From Gammaproteobacteria bacterium (lineage in GTDB: Bacteria; Pseudomonadota; Gammaproteobacteria; Eutrophobiales; Eutrophobiaceae), in the NCBI GenBank assembly GCA_965222155.1, contig CBDCTH010000012.1, forward strand, positions 1,824,001 to 1,888,000: DNA of 64,000 bases. Reading direction: 5' to 3'. This document shows, one piece after another, positions 1 to 12,734 of the stretch. The notes beneath the pieces were generated by a model. The model saw only the letters and a program-made list of their open reading frames with translations. It was not told the DNA's origin and did no database searches. Position 1 is the first letter of the stretch; the number at the start of each line of letters is the position of its first letter. A program made the translations under genes and the position numbers.

Positions 1-1960
1 CGCCACTGTAAATTTCATCTCCGTACCTGTCCGTGCCAGGGCTCAAAAAGCTGATTGCCGGGCGCGCCAGGACTCGAGAACCGGCAACTCTGACGATAAT
101 GTCTTCGGTTGGGAAGAAGTTGACGTTGGCTGAGGGCAATACTTCGGTGTATTTGTCATTGGTTGAGATGGGCATTTCAACCCCATCGACGTTGGTAGTT
201 CCCTGCGTATCAGCGTCGGTAGTGACGATACGAACGCCAAAGTTGCCTGAGGCAGGAATACCAAAAAATAGGTCGGTCTCAAAGTCCGCCTGAACATAGT
301 AAGCCTTGAGGTCTTCCTCGATAAAATGCCCCCCGCTGGCTTGATCTTCTGCCTCAATGCCGGCAAAAACCGTATTCCATATTGCCCGGGTATCCAGCAC
401 GAGAACCGGATTGGCATCAAAAGCCGAGTCTGCCCCTGACTGATCATACGCATCGAAAACAAAATCAGGATCGATTGCAACAGAAGAGTCAATGTCTGCC
501 GGCGCAGGATCAAGGCGGGCATCACGCCTGACCAGGAGGTTGTCACGATTCACCAGTCGTAAGCCCGCCTTGAAGGCCGTAAAGAACGGATAATCAACAG
601 CGTATTCGGCGTCGAATTTGTAAGTAAAAATCTCATCCTCCCGCTCGTTTTCGATGAGACGAAAGGCATCAACCCGGTTCGTGGCAAGGTCGGTAAAATC
701 CAGGGGCGACGTCAAAAATCCGGCGCCCTGCGCATTTTCTCCGAACGTTGAAACAGGCCGCACCAACTCGAGCGAACCCGGCAAGCCGCTGTATGGTCGA
801 TAACCAACGGTAGTGTAGGTGTCTTCACCGTCCGCTTTAGAGTAGGAAAAGTCATACACCAGTGTCAGCGCACCTGCGGACCATTTTCCTTCGATGCCAT
901 AGCTGTGTAACTCACTGTTCCCATCATCCAGTGAATTGAACGCTGCAAGATCCTGCCCCCGCTTGCGCATTACACAGTTGTTGGTTTGTTCATGCAGGCA
1001 GGTAACAGTTGCCCCAACCACATTAAAATCATCTGTTTCCACGTTCCTCCACCTGTTGCCGGATGAACCAAGCCCGCCTGCCAAGCGCAAACCAGCACCG
1101 GTGTTGGTCTGTTCGAACGTGGAAAAGAAACCATCGAAATTGACTTCAAAATTCTCAACGGGTTTCCATTGAATGGTAGCTAAAACGGAGTGGCGGTCAC
1201 TGGTACCGTTGAAAACGCTGTATTCGGCTCCATACGGGATGTTGAAACTGTTATGGTCGCCAAAACCATTCGGGAGTCCATCAATCGCTCCACCCTGCCC
1301 GACTGTCCTGGATTCGTATATCTGTGAATCGGCGCCGACCAGCGGTGCGTATTGCCCGGCATAGCCGATGGCAATACCCAGTGTATCGTCGGCGAATTGA
1401 TCAAGATACGCAGCGCTGCCGCGATAACCAAACTCTTCACCGTCCGGTAAATCACCGGCCAGATCGTTGTAGCGGCCGCGAACATTAACGGTAACATACT
1501 GTTCGCCCCACTCCAGAGCCCGCGCAGTTCGCAGGTTCAGGGTACCGCCTATACCCCCCTCAACACGACTCGCGGAGGGCGCTTTATACAAGCTGGCGCG
1601 GGAAATCAATTCAGCCGGAAACATGTTGAAAGCTACGCTTCGGTCGCCCCATTCACTGGCAATGTCCCGGTCATTCAACGTGCCATTCGTCAATACCGCG
1701 CCCAGGCCGCGAATGGAAACATTATTCGCGCCGAAGGCATTGCGCGTGTAAGAGACGCCGGGCAGTTTCGCCAGCGCTTCTGCCACGCTGGTGTCCGGGA
1801 GTTCGCCGATATCCTCGGCAGACAGAGCTTCAATGATCTCGGATGCCCGGCGCTTCTCGTCCAGTGCGTCACTCAAACTGCGCTGGAACCTGTTGCCGAT
1901 GACTCGAATTTCCTCGATTTCTACTGCCTTCTCATCTTCTTCCACTTCCGTTTTCACGGT
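1..1960 (-). other. TonB-dependent receptor moiety (TonB box, plug, partial barrel) of the giant protein
   Basis: Translation EEIRVIGNRFQRSLSDALDEKRRASEIIEALSAEDIGELPDTSVAEALAKLPGV...SIRGLG...MFPAELI...YKAPSASRVEGGIGGTLNLRT, typical of the Xanthomonas/Caulobacter-type TBDR plug, followed by beta-strand sequence (IEEDLKAYYVQADF...GNFGVRIV). Confidence 0.93.
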
Positions 1961-4900
1961 TTCAGCATCCTCTGCTTGAGCCAGAATCCTTGCAGTACGT
2001 CGGCTATGGCTATCGCTACCCGTCGTTGGTAGCCCCTGCAATTCAGCAGTTAACCATATTTCGTGTGACGGACTCGTATCCGTATCAATTGCTGAGATGC
2101 CATGGACAGGCAGCGCCGTTAAGTTGGATGAAAGTTCGAGCTTCACCTTATTTCCGCCCGATACCAGGTGATAACGAGCACCTGATTTCGCCCTGTAACC
2201 GGCTTCATCGGTAACGTCAAATTCAGTGAAAGGTGTTATTACACCGCCTGTATTCGGTGCCAGAAAACCGTAACTGAGTTCCGTGTGAAGTGACCCGAGA
2301 CGACGCTGCTCCTGTATGCCCCTGTGTAATAACCCGGATACGTTCGGACGCCACATGGCCTCCGTGCCCTCAACCGATCCACCCCACCGAGGCGATAGTA
2401 ACAGTGACAACCCTGTACCATCACTGTACGGCTGCAATCCGGCCGACAGGCTGAAGCCCTGCTCCTCATAATCATCATCCTCCGAGTGCAACACCAGTAT
2501 GCGACCACGCGCCTCCAGCCAAAATCCGGATGCTGCACTGTCATAGCGCAAGCCACTGGCAAACTCGATCCCGGCGCCTGTGTTATCACCGTCACCCCCG
2601 TCGTAACGGACACCGACGTCTGCAAAAGGCCTCACCATTGCAGAGTTTTTCAGCATGAACGGGTGGGAAGCTTCAAGACCCAAACGCAACTGGCTGGCGT
2701 TAACCGCCAGGTCGTCAACCGATTGCATACCATCGTCAGTCCACAGCCGGATAAATGCCGCATCAGCGCGTAGTGCCCAGTTCATGCCGCCGGAATCTGC
2801 GCTGAACATCCGCCGTCCGCCGAAGGCGCCCAATGCAACCGACAAATCCGTCGACTCCCGCACCGAACCATCAGTGTGTTCGGCTTCTCCCCAGCCGGCG
2901 CCCAGGATCGCCCACACTTCGGTGCGCTCATTGAGCAGTAGCCTGGTATATGGCAGGATAGTGGTCAGTTCCGTGTCCAGTTCTCCCTTCTGGTTGTCAA
3001 TAACATAATCTGCCCCACTGACACTGTGTGATACGGACACGCCGGCCAGCAAGTCTTCCTTGATGCGCAGATCCGCACCCAGGTATCCGGTGTAAATGTC
3101 ACCATCGTGTGAGTCGCCGTCAAACGATTGAATATCGCCGCTGCCCCAAAGATTCCACTGCCGGCTGTTTTGACCGCCGCCACCGAACGACATCAGGAAA
3201 GCGCTGTCTCGCAGTAACTGACGCCAGCTTACGGTCTGATCATGATTGCGCTGCGCAACTCGCTCAAATCCGAATTCACTGCTCGACATCTCTCCAGCGG
3301 TGATAAACCCGACGTGGTCGCTATTGGGAACAATAGCGTCCCAGCCGGTTTCATTCGACATCCGTACGGCTAACTCATCCAGGGTAATTTGTCTGCCAGC
3401 CAGAGAAAATTCCGAAGTATCCGACGTCGCAGTAAAACGATTCCCGATTGTAGAGACTACGCTGGATAACATGTTGCGACCTATTGTGGCTGAAACATCT
3501 TCCAATGCTGCTTGTTTATCTACAGGAGTGACCTCCGGTGTCTCGGGTTCCTCTGGCACAGGTTCGGCCTCATCCTGAGTCACCGCCGTCACCGTCTCAG
3601 ACTGCTCACTATTCTGATAATCCGGCGGGTAGGATGCCCCTACCGCATACAGGTAGGTGGCGCCCGCCATCACCCCGCCCGTGTCCCCACCGGTATCCGT
3701 GTAACTGGTCGGCGCAGGCGGCGCATCACCCTCGTTCGCCACCCAGGCATGCCACTCCAACTCACAGCTTGTCTCATCTTCCGGCACTTCACAGCGATAC
3801 ACGTTATACCCCAATATACCGTCTGCCGGCGCAGCCCAGCTCAGGCTGACTGATTCTGCGCTGGTGGCCGTCACTGTCAACCCGGTCGGCGCCGGCGGTG
3901 TCTCTGGTTCTGTCTCACTCTGAGCCAGCGCCGTCACTTCGTTTGACCAATCACTGTCTCCACCCCGATACGCTGCTACCGTATACCGGTAAGTCGTGCC
4001 GGCAACCACCGGGCTTTCGCCTCCCGCCTCATGTGCAGTCGAATCATCATGGGTATCAGTGAATGCCGTGCCGTCATCCACCCAGGCTATCCAGTTATCG
4101 GCTGTCAACTCACAAGACTCCTCACAACGATAGACGTTGTAGGCCTCAATCGGGCCACCGCCATCATCCGCCGGCGCCGTCCAGCTTAAGCTGATCGCAG
4201 TCTCACTGGTGGCCGTCACCGTCAACCCGGTCGGCGCCGGCGGTGTCTCTGGTTCTGTCTCACTCTGAGCCAGCGCCGTCACTTCGTTTGACCAATCACT
4301 GTCTCCACCCCGATACGCTGCTACCGTATACCGGTAAGTCGTGCCGGCAACCACCGGGCTTTCGCCTCCCGCCTCATGTGCAGTCGAATCATCATGGGTG
4401 TCAGTGAATGCCGTGCCGTCATCCACCCAGGCTATCCAGTTATCGGCTGTCAACTCACAAGACTCCTCACAACGATAGACGTTGTAGGCCTCAATCGGGC
4501 CACCGCCGTCATCCGCCGGCGCCGTCCAGCTTAAGCTGATCGCAGTCTCACTGGTGGCCGTCACCGTCAACCCGGTCGGCGCCGGCGGTGTCTCTGGTTC
4601 TGTCTCACTCTGAGCCAGCGCCGTCACTTCGTTTGACCAATCACTGTCTCCACCCCGATACGCTGCTACCGTATACCGGTAAGTCGTGCCGGCAACCACC
4701 GGGCTTTCGCCTCCCGCCTCATGTGCAGTCGAATCATCATGGGTGTCAGTGAATGCCGTGCCGTCATCCACCCAGGCTATCCAGTTATCGGCTGTCAACT
4801 CACAAGACTCCTCACAACGATAGACGTTGTAGGCCTCAATCGGGCCACCGCCATCATCCGCCGGCGCCGTCCAGCTTAAGCTGATCGCAGTCTCACTGGT

Positions 4901-7900
4901 GGCCGTCACCGTCAACCCGGTCGGCGCCGGCGGTGTCTCTCTGAGCCAGCGCCGTCACTTCGTTTGACCAATCACTGTCTCCACCCCGGATACGGTGCTG
5001 CTACCGTATACCGGTAAGTCGTGCCGGCAACCACCGGGCTTTCGCCTCCCGCCTCATGTGCAGTCGAATCATCATGGGTATCAGTGAATGCCGTGCCGTC
5101 ATCCACCCAGGCTATCCAGTTATCGGCTGTCAACTCACAAGACTCCTCACAACGATAGACGTTGTAGGCCTCAATCGGGCCACCGCCGTCATCCGCCGGC
5201 GCCGTCCACCGTAGCTTAAGCTGATCGCAGTCTCACTGGTGGCCGTCACCGTCAACCCGGTCGGCGCCGGCGGTGTCTCTGGTTCTGTCTCACTCTGAGC
5301 CAGCGCCGTCACTTCGTTTGACCAATCACTGTCTCCACCCCGATACGCTGCTACCGTATACCGGTAAGTCGTGCCGGCAACCACCGGGCTTTCGCCTCCC
5401 GCCTCATGTGCAGTCGAATCATCATGGGTATCAGTGAATGCCGTGCCGTCATCCACCCAGGCTATCCAGTTATCGGCTGTCAACTCACAAGACTCCTCAC
5501 AACGATAGACGTTGTAGGCCTCAATCGGGCCACCGCCGTCATCCGCCGGCGCCGTCCAGCTTAAGCTGATCGCAGTCTCACTGGTGGCCGTCACCGTCAA
5601 CCCGGTCGGCGCCGGCGGTGTCTCTGGTTCTGTCTCACTCTGAGCCAGCGCCGTCACTTCGTTTGACCAATCACTGTCTCCACCCCGATACGCTGCTACC
5701 GTATACCGGTAAGTCGTGCCGGCAACCACCGGGCTTTCGCCTCCCGCCTCATGTGCAGTCGAATCATCATGGGTATCAGTGAATGCCGTGCCGTCATCCA
5801 CCCAGGCTATCCAGTTATCGGCTGTCAACTCACAAGACTCCTCACAACGATAGACGTTGTAGGCCTCAATCGGGCCACCGCCATCATCCGCCGGCGCCGT
5901 CCAGCTTAAGCTGATCGCAGTCTCACTGGTGGCCGTCACCGTCAACCCGGTCGGCGCCGGCGGTGTCTCTGGTTCTGTCTCACTCTGAGCCAGCGCCGTC
6001 ACTTCGTTTGACCAATCACTGTCTCCACCCCGATACGCTGCTACCGTATACCGGTAAGTCGTGCCGGCAACCACCGGGCTTTCGCCTCCCGCCTCATGTG
6101 CAGTCGAATCATCATGGGTATCAGTGAATGCCGTGCCGTCATCCACCCAGGCTATCCAGTTATCGGCTGTCAACTCACAAGACTCCTCACAACGATAGAC
6201 GTTGTAGGCCTCAATCGGGCCACCGCCATCATCCGCCGGCGCCGTCCAGCTTAAGCTGATCGCAGTCTCACTGGTAGCCGTCACCGTCAATCCGGTCGGC
6301 GCCGGCACCTTCGGCTGTTCAGGCTCCGGGACGGGTTGGCCCTTCGCCGTCGCCGTCACTGCCTCTGACCGGTCTCCATTCCTGTAATTCGGCGGATAAG
6401 ATGCCGCTACCATATAGCGGTAGGTCGCGCCGGCAGTGACGCTTCCGGTCTCACCGCCGGTATCCGTATAACTGGTCGGCGCAGGAGGGGTATCACCCGC
6501 ATTCGCCACCCAGGCATGCCACATAGGTTCGCAGGACGTTTCGCCTGTCGACACACTGCAACGATAGACGTTGTAACCCAATATACCTTCCGCCGGCGCC
6601 GTCCAACTCAGGCTGATCGCAATCCTGCTAGTCGCCGTCACCGTCAAATCGGTGGGCGATGCATACCTCCCTCGTTGCGTCGTTACAGTTACCTGATTGG
6701 ACCAGGGACTCACGTCATCGGCCGACCGATACGCGGCCACCGCATAGCGGTAGGTCGTCCCCGGTTCTGCGTCGTTATCTCTATAGTCGGTCAGAGCAGG
6801 ATTCCGGCTGACCAAATGCAGGAATTCACTGCAATCCGGGGAGCGGTCTACGTTGCAGCGATAAATATCGTAAGCCTGAATCGGACCCCTGCCATCATCC
6901 TCCGGCGCGGTCCAACGTAACCTCACCGACGCTTCATCTACCTCCGTCACCATCAGTCCGGTCGGCGCAGACACCATCTGTGACATTTGCGCCACCACCG
7001 TGACCGCCTTGGACAGGTTATCTCTCCCAAAAGGATGTACTGCTACCTGATATCGGTAGGTCTCTCCCGGGGTCACTTCGGTGTCGGTGTAGGCATTGGT
7101 ATTTTCCAGGTAGGCAAGCCATAGGTCGTCGTAGGGTTCACAGGTCGACTTGCCCTCCCCCTCTGGCACCGTACAGCGATATACACTATAAGCGGCTCCA
7201 TCGCCGCTGCTGGGGGATGGTTTCCAGTGTAGGCTGACAGATTCTGCACTGACCGCCGTCACTTTCAACCCGACGGGTACGGCCGGTCCGGTTTCCTTGG
7301 GCGCTCGAGGCGTTCCCGTCGTTGCCGTCACATAAGCCCAACCGCCGTTCCCACTCCTATATGCCGCCACCGCATAGTGGTAAGTCGTACCGGCTACCAC
7401 CGGACTGTTGCCGCCCTTTTCATGCGCAGTCGAGTCATCATGGGTGTCAGTGAATTCCGTGCCGTCATCCACCCAGGCTATCCAGTTTTCGGCCGTCAAC
7501 TTGCACGGTTCCTCGCAACGATAAACGTTGTAGGCCTCAACCGGGCCACCGCCGTCATCCACCGGCGCCGTCCAGCTCAGGCTGACTGATTCTGCGCTGG
7601 TTTTCGTCACCGTCAACCCGGTCGGCGCCGGAGGCGTCTCCGGTTCCGGTTCTGGTTCTGGTTCTGGTTCTGTCTCACTCTGAGCCGTCGCCGTCACTGC
7701 GTTTGACCAATCGCCTACCACAGCCCGAGACGCCGCCACCGCATAGCGGTAGGTTGTCCCGGCGGCCACAGTCGTATCGGTATACTCGGTGTTACCGGGG
7801 ACTGCTACCCAGGCCAACCATGGGAAAACACTGCAATCGCTGGAACTGCTCTCGTCACAACGATATACATTATACCCTTCAATGGCACCGCCGCTATCGT

Positions 7901-10900
7901 CAGCCGGCGCCGTCCACGCCAGACTGATGCTGCTGTCACCCTCTGCCGTCACCGTCAACCCGGTCGGCGCCCCCACTGTCACCGCGGTCACTACTGTACT
8001 CCCGGACTTCATCCCCTCTCCCGCACTGTTACTGGCGCTCACCTGATAACAGTAGGTCGTCCCGCCCGTCACACTGTTGTCCGTGTACGTCGTGCCGGTC
8101 GTCGACAGACCGCTTCGCAAGACGCTCAACCCCGTGCAGGCGTTGCCTGTCCCCCGGTACAGTGTGTACGCCGTCAGGGCACTGCCACCGTCACTCCCCG
8201 GTACCGCCCAAGTCAATACCACCTTGGCCGCCGTCGCCTGGCCCTCCAGACTACCCGGCGCTCCCGGCGCAGTCGGCGTGCGCGCCGTCGCCGTCACTGC
8301 GTTTGACCAATCGCCTCCCGCAGCCCGATACGCCGCCACCGCATAGCGGTAGGTTGTCCCGGTGGCCACAGTCGTATCGGTATACTCGGTGTTACCGGGG
8401 ACTGCTACCCAGGCCAACCATGGGAAAACACTGCAATCGCTGGAACTGCTCTCGTCACAACGATATACATTATACCCTTCAATGGCACCGCCGTCATCGT
8501 CAGCCGGCGCCGTCCACGCCAGACTGATGCTGCTGTCACCCTCTGCCGTCACCGTCAACCCGGTCGGCGCCCCCACCGCCACCGCGGTCACTACCGCACT
8601 CCCGGACTTCGCCCCCTCTCCCGCACTGTTGCTGGCGCTCACCTGATAACAGTAGGTCGTCCCGCCCGTCACACTGTTGTCCGTGTACGTCGTGCCGGTC
8701 GTCGACAGACCGCTTCGCAAGACGCTCAACCCCGTGCAGGCGTTGCCGGTCCCCCGGTACAGTGTGTACGCCGTCAGGGCACTGCCACCGTCACTCCCCG
8801 GTACCGCCCAAGTCAATACCACCTTGGCCGCCGTCGCCTGGCCCTCCAGACTACCCGGCGCTCCCGGCGCAGTCGGCGTGCGCGCCGTCGCCGTCACTGC
8901 GTTTGACCAATCGCCTCCCGCAGCCCGATACGCCGCCACCGCATAGCGGTAGGTTGTCCCGGCGGCCACAGTCGTATCGGTATACTCGGTGTTACCGGGG
9001 ACTGCTACCCAGGCCAACCATGGGAAAACACTGCAATCGCTGGAACTGCTCTCGTCACAACGATATACATTATACCCTTCAATGGCACCGCCGTCATCGT
9101 CAGCCGGCGCCGTCCACGCCAGACTGATGCTGCTGTCACCCTCTGCCGTCACCGTCAACCCGGTCGGCGCCCCCACCGCCACCGCGGTCACTACCGCACT
9201 CCCGGACTTCGCCCCCTCTCCCGCACTGTTGCTGGCGCTCACCTGATAACAGTAGGTCGTCCCGCCCGTCACACTGTTGTCCGTGTACGTCGTGCCGGTC
9301 GTCGACAGACCGCTTCGCAAGACGCTCAACCCCGTGCAGGCGTTGCCGGTCCCCCGGTACAGTGTGTACGCCGTCAGGGCACTGCCACCGTCACTCCCCG
9401 GTACCGCCCAAGTCAATACCACCTTGGCCGCCGTCGCCTGGCCCTCCAGACTACCCGGCGCTCCCGGCGGTGCTTGTGCCGTCTGAGTGACTACATCGGA
9501 CCAATCACTGGCACTGTTAGGTTCTGCACTAGTGCCATCATACCGATATGCTGCTACCGCATAGCGGTAGGTTGTCCCGGCGGCCACAGTCGTATCGGTA
9601 TACTCGGTGTTACCGGGGACTGCTACCCCGGCCAACCATGGGAAAACACTGCAATCGCTGGAACTGCTCTCGTCACAACGATATACATTATACCCTTCTA
9701 TCGCTCCGTTGCCGTCATCTGTCGGCGCTGCCCAACTCAGACTGATCGAAGTGTCACTGGCCGACGTGATTGTCAATCCGGTCGGCGTCGGAGGCTTGGG
9801 TAGAGCAACCGGCGGTGCTTGTGCCGTCTGAGTGACTATATTGGACCAGCTGCTATGCTTCCCCGCCCGGGAGGCTATCACTCCATACCGATAAGTCTTC
9901 CCCTCCGTCACTTGATCGTCTGTGAAAGTCGTCGTCTCCGAAGTCACCCAAGCTAACAAATCCGACGACTCATCGGGTAAGGGATCAGTGGGCTTATCAA
10001 GCACACACGTACTCGTACCCTCCACACACCGGTACACACCGTAACCGTAACTATTCAACACACCACCGCCGTCATCTGCCGGCGCAGTCCAACTCAGACT
10101 GATTGCAGCGCCACTCGCCGCACTCACCCTCAAACCACCCGGCGCACCCACTGTCACCGCCGTGACTACCGCAGCACCCGACTGCGTCCCCTCTCCCGCA
10201 CTGTTGCTGGCGCTCACCCGATAACAGTACGTCTCTCCCTCCACTACATTGCTGTCTATGTACTCTCCTGTCGAAACTCCCGCGTCCAGAACGTTTCGAA
10301 TGACGTCTAACCCCGTGCAGGTATTACCCGTCCCCCGGTACACGTCATAACCCGTCAACGCACTGCCGCCGTCGTCACCAGGCGCCACCCAAACTAATCG
10401 CACCCGGTCCGCCGCCGCCTGTCCCTTCAGACTACCCGGCGCAGTCGGCGCAGTCGGCGCAGTCGGCGTGCGCGCCGTCGCCGTCACTGCGTTTGACCGA
10501 TCGCCTCCCGCAGCCCGAGACGCCGCCACCGCATAGCGGTAGGTTGTCCCGGCGGCCACAGTCGTATCGGTATACTCGGTGTTACCGGGGACTGCTACCC
10601 AGGCCAACCATGGGAAAACACTGCAATCGCTGGAACTGCTCTCGTCACAACGATATACATTATACCCTTCAATGGCACCGCCGCCATCGTCAGCCGGCGC
10701 CGTCCACGCCAGACTGATACTGCTGTCACCCTCTGCCGTCACCGTCAACCCGGTCGGCGCCCCCACTGTCACCGCGGTCACTACTGTACTCCCGGACTTC
10801 GCCCCCTCTCCCGCACTGTTACTGGCGCTCACCTGATAACAGTAGGTCGTCCCGCCCGTCACACTGCTGTCCGTGTACGTCGTGCCGGTCGTCGACAGAC

Positions 10901-12174
10901 CGCTTCGCAAGACGCTCAACCCCGTGCAGGCGTTGCCTGTCCCCCGGTACAGTGTGTACGCCGTCAGGGCACTGCCACCGTCACTCCCCGGTACCGCCCA
11001 AGTCAATACCACCTTGGCCGCCGTCGCCTGGCCCTCCAGACTACCCGGCGCTCCCGGCGCAGTCGGCGTGCGCGCCGTCGCCGTCACTGCGTTTGACCAA
11101 TCGCCTCCCGCAGCCCGATACGCCGCCACCGCATAGCGGTAGGTCACCCCCGTCGTCACGTCATCATCAGTCGTATGCGGTATACTCGTGTGTCGTACCG
11201 GTCGTGACCCGGGCTATCCACGTCGGCGTACAGGGGCTGCTCCTTCCACACAGCGATACACGTTATAGGCTTCAATGGCACCGCCGCCATCGTCAGCCGG
11301 CGCCGTCCACGCCAGACTGATGCTGCTGTCACCCTCTGCCGTCACCGTCAACCCGGTCGGCGCCCCCACTGTCACCGCGGTCACTACTGTACTCCCGGAC
11401 TTCATCCCCTCTCCCGCACTGTTACTGGCGCTCACCTGATAACAGTAGGTCGTCCCGCCCGTCACACTGCTGTCCGTGTACGTCGTGCCGGTCGTCGACA
11501 GACCGCTTCGCAAGACGCTCAACCCCGTGCAGGCGTTGCCGGTCCCCCGGTACAGTGTGTACGCCGTCAGGGCACTGCCACCGTCACTCCCCGGTACCTG
11601 CCCAAGTCAATACCACCTTGGCCGCCGTCGCCTGGCCCTCCAGAGTACCCGGCGCTCCCGGCGCAGTCGGCGTGCGCGCCGTCGCCGTCACTTCGTTTGA
11701 CCAATCACTGTCTCCACCCCGATACGCCGCCACCGCATAGCGGTAGGTTGTCCCGGCGGCCACAGTCGTATCGGTATACTCGGTGTTACCGGGGACTGCT
11801 ACCCAGGCCAACCATGGGAAAACACTGCAATCGCTGGAACTGCTCTCGTCACAACGATATACATTATACCCTTCAATGGCACCGCCGTCATCGTCAGCCG
11901 GCGCCGTCCACGCCAGACTGATGCTGCTGTCACCCTCTGCCGTCACCGTCAACCCGGTCGGCGCTCCCAGCGCTTGCACATTCACTGGTAATGAAACGAG
12001 GAACAGCAGACTCACTGATGAAAGGATCGGGGTTACACCAAACAAACCGGTGACAGCAGGTGGCAACCTGCGACATTGGACGTCTGAAGTGGTCCCCCTT
12101 ATGGCCATTTTCTGAAAAAAATGGGGGGGGGGGGGGGGGGGGGGGGGGAACAACCAGCTAATCATTCTTAACAT
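1..12174 (-). CDS. Giant (>4050 aa, 3' end beyond window) surface protein: signal peptide - ~26 FN3 domains - autotransporter-type beta-barrel - TonB-dependent receptor; apparent frameshifts at ~11599, ~11160-11245 and ~4936-5215
   Basis: ATG at 12174 has AGGAGA 7 nt upstream. Track ORFs 11584..12198, 11214..11522 and 5130..11159 are consecutive pieces. I read the frame codon by codon from ~3960 to ~1900 with no stop and spot-checked below that. The track lists no ORF for this frame, consistent with it being open from ~4935 to base 1. Confidence 0.8.
2036..3520 (-). other. Autotransporter-like linker helix and beta-barrel domain of the giant protein
   Basis: Helix KQAALEDVSATIGRNMLSSVVSTIGNRF, then WNLWGSGDIQSF...GYLGAD...RPFADVGVRYDGGDG...LEARGR...LSPRWG...ELSYGF...TPFTE...HEIWLTAELQ. 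Confidence 0.8.
3901..6305. repeat. 7 tandem near-identical 345-bp units, each one 115-aa FN3 domain
   Basis: Unit boundaries TCTCTGGTTC at 3901, 4246, 4591, (4936), 5276, 5621 and 5966. The 4936-5275 copy is 340 bp with several indels. Confidence 0.95.
7685..11965. repeat. 600-bp two-FN3 (A+B) repeat unit: ~3 tandem copies at ~7685-9465 and further copies at ~10470-11965
   Basis: Identical shadow ORFs recur at 8077/8677/9277 (600-bp period) and at 10873/11476. Protein repeats PGAPGSLEGQATAAKVVLTW... and GAPTGLTVTAEGDSSISLAW.... Confidence 0.92.
12123..12148. repeat. G26 homopolymer (C26 on the coding strand) at codons 9-18 of the giant gene
   Basis: Direct count of 26 G; encodes F-P8-H ahead of the signal peptide. 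Confidence 0.9.
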
Positions 12175-12734
12175 GATTAAGTCTCCTGAAATATTCACAG
12201 GTTACGCGCAGCGTAGTAATTGGGAGAGGGGAGTAATTAGCCATTTGCAGTCGAAGCTGTTACATGGGCCGGGAGTCCTTACTCTTAGCATTGCCCTGTC
12301 CGATACAGACTGTTGGAAACAGGCAGACAAAAGCGGCTGTTATCAGCGACGGTAGCAACTGTAATTGGGACTTCATATCAACAATACTACCCTCGTGGCT
12401 ATCAAGCGCTAAAGAAAACAGAACTATCCATTTGCTTTTGCAAGGCTTAAACAGACTATGCGTTGCTGATAAATGCACTTCGACTGAATAAATAATATTA
12501 CAAAAAATTAAAAAATCATCATATATATGACTTTAAATTACATTTTAACCTATTTTGTAATTTATGTGCATAAAAAGATGCCTGAACAAGACCTGAATAG
12601 AAGAATTTAAAGCTTATTTTGATGCTTAATGTAGATTGTTGACTGGATATCTATGATCTTGCCTTGGACCGCAGGTAGCAATCAGCCAAAATCAACCAAA
12701 ATTCGGGGGGTTGGTATTAAACTTGGGTTAACTA

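Noticed and set aside
1960-2240. Independent start and signal peptide for a stand-alone TBDR
   Set aside because: No in-frame ATG in the linker, no hydrophobic h-region and no upstream stop; the frame is continuous with the barrel.
6516-12115. Many repeated plus-strand ORFs (e.g. MCTPSGHCH..., MLPGTATQ...)
   Set aside because: Antisense shadows of the FN3 repeat gene; they recur only because the DNA repeats.
12200-12730. Short ORFs or a structured RNA in the AT-rich leader of the giant gene
   Set aside because: No recognisable protein or riboswitch pattern; treated as a regulatory intergenic region.
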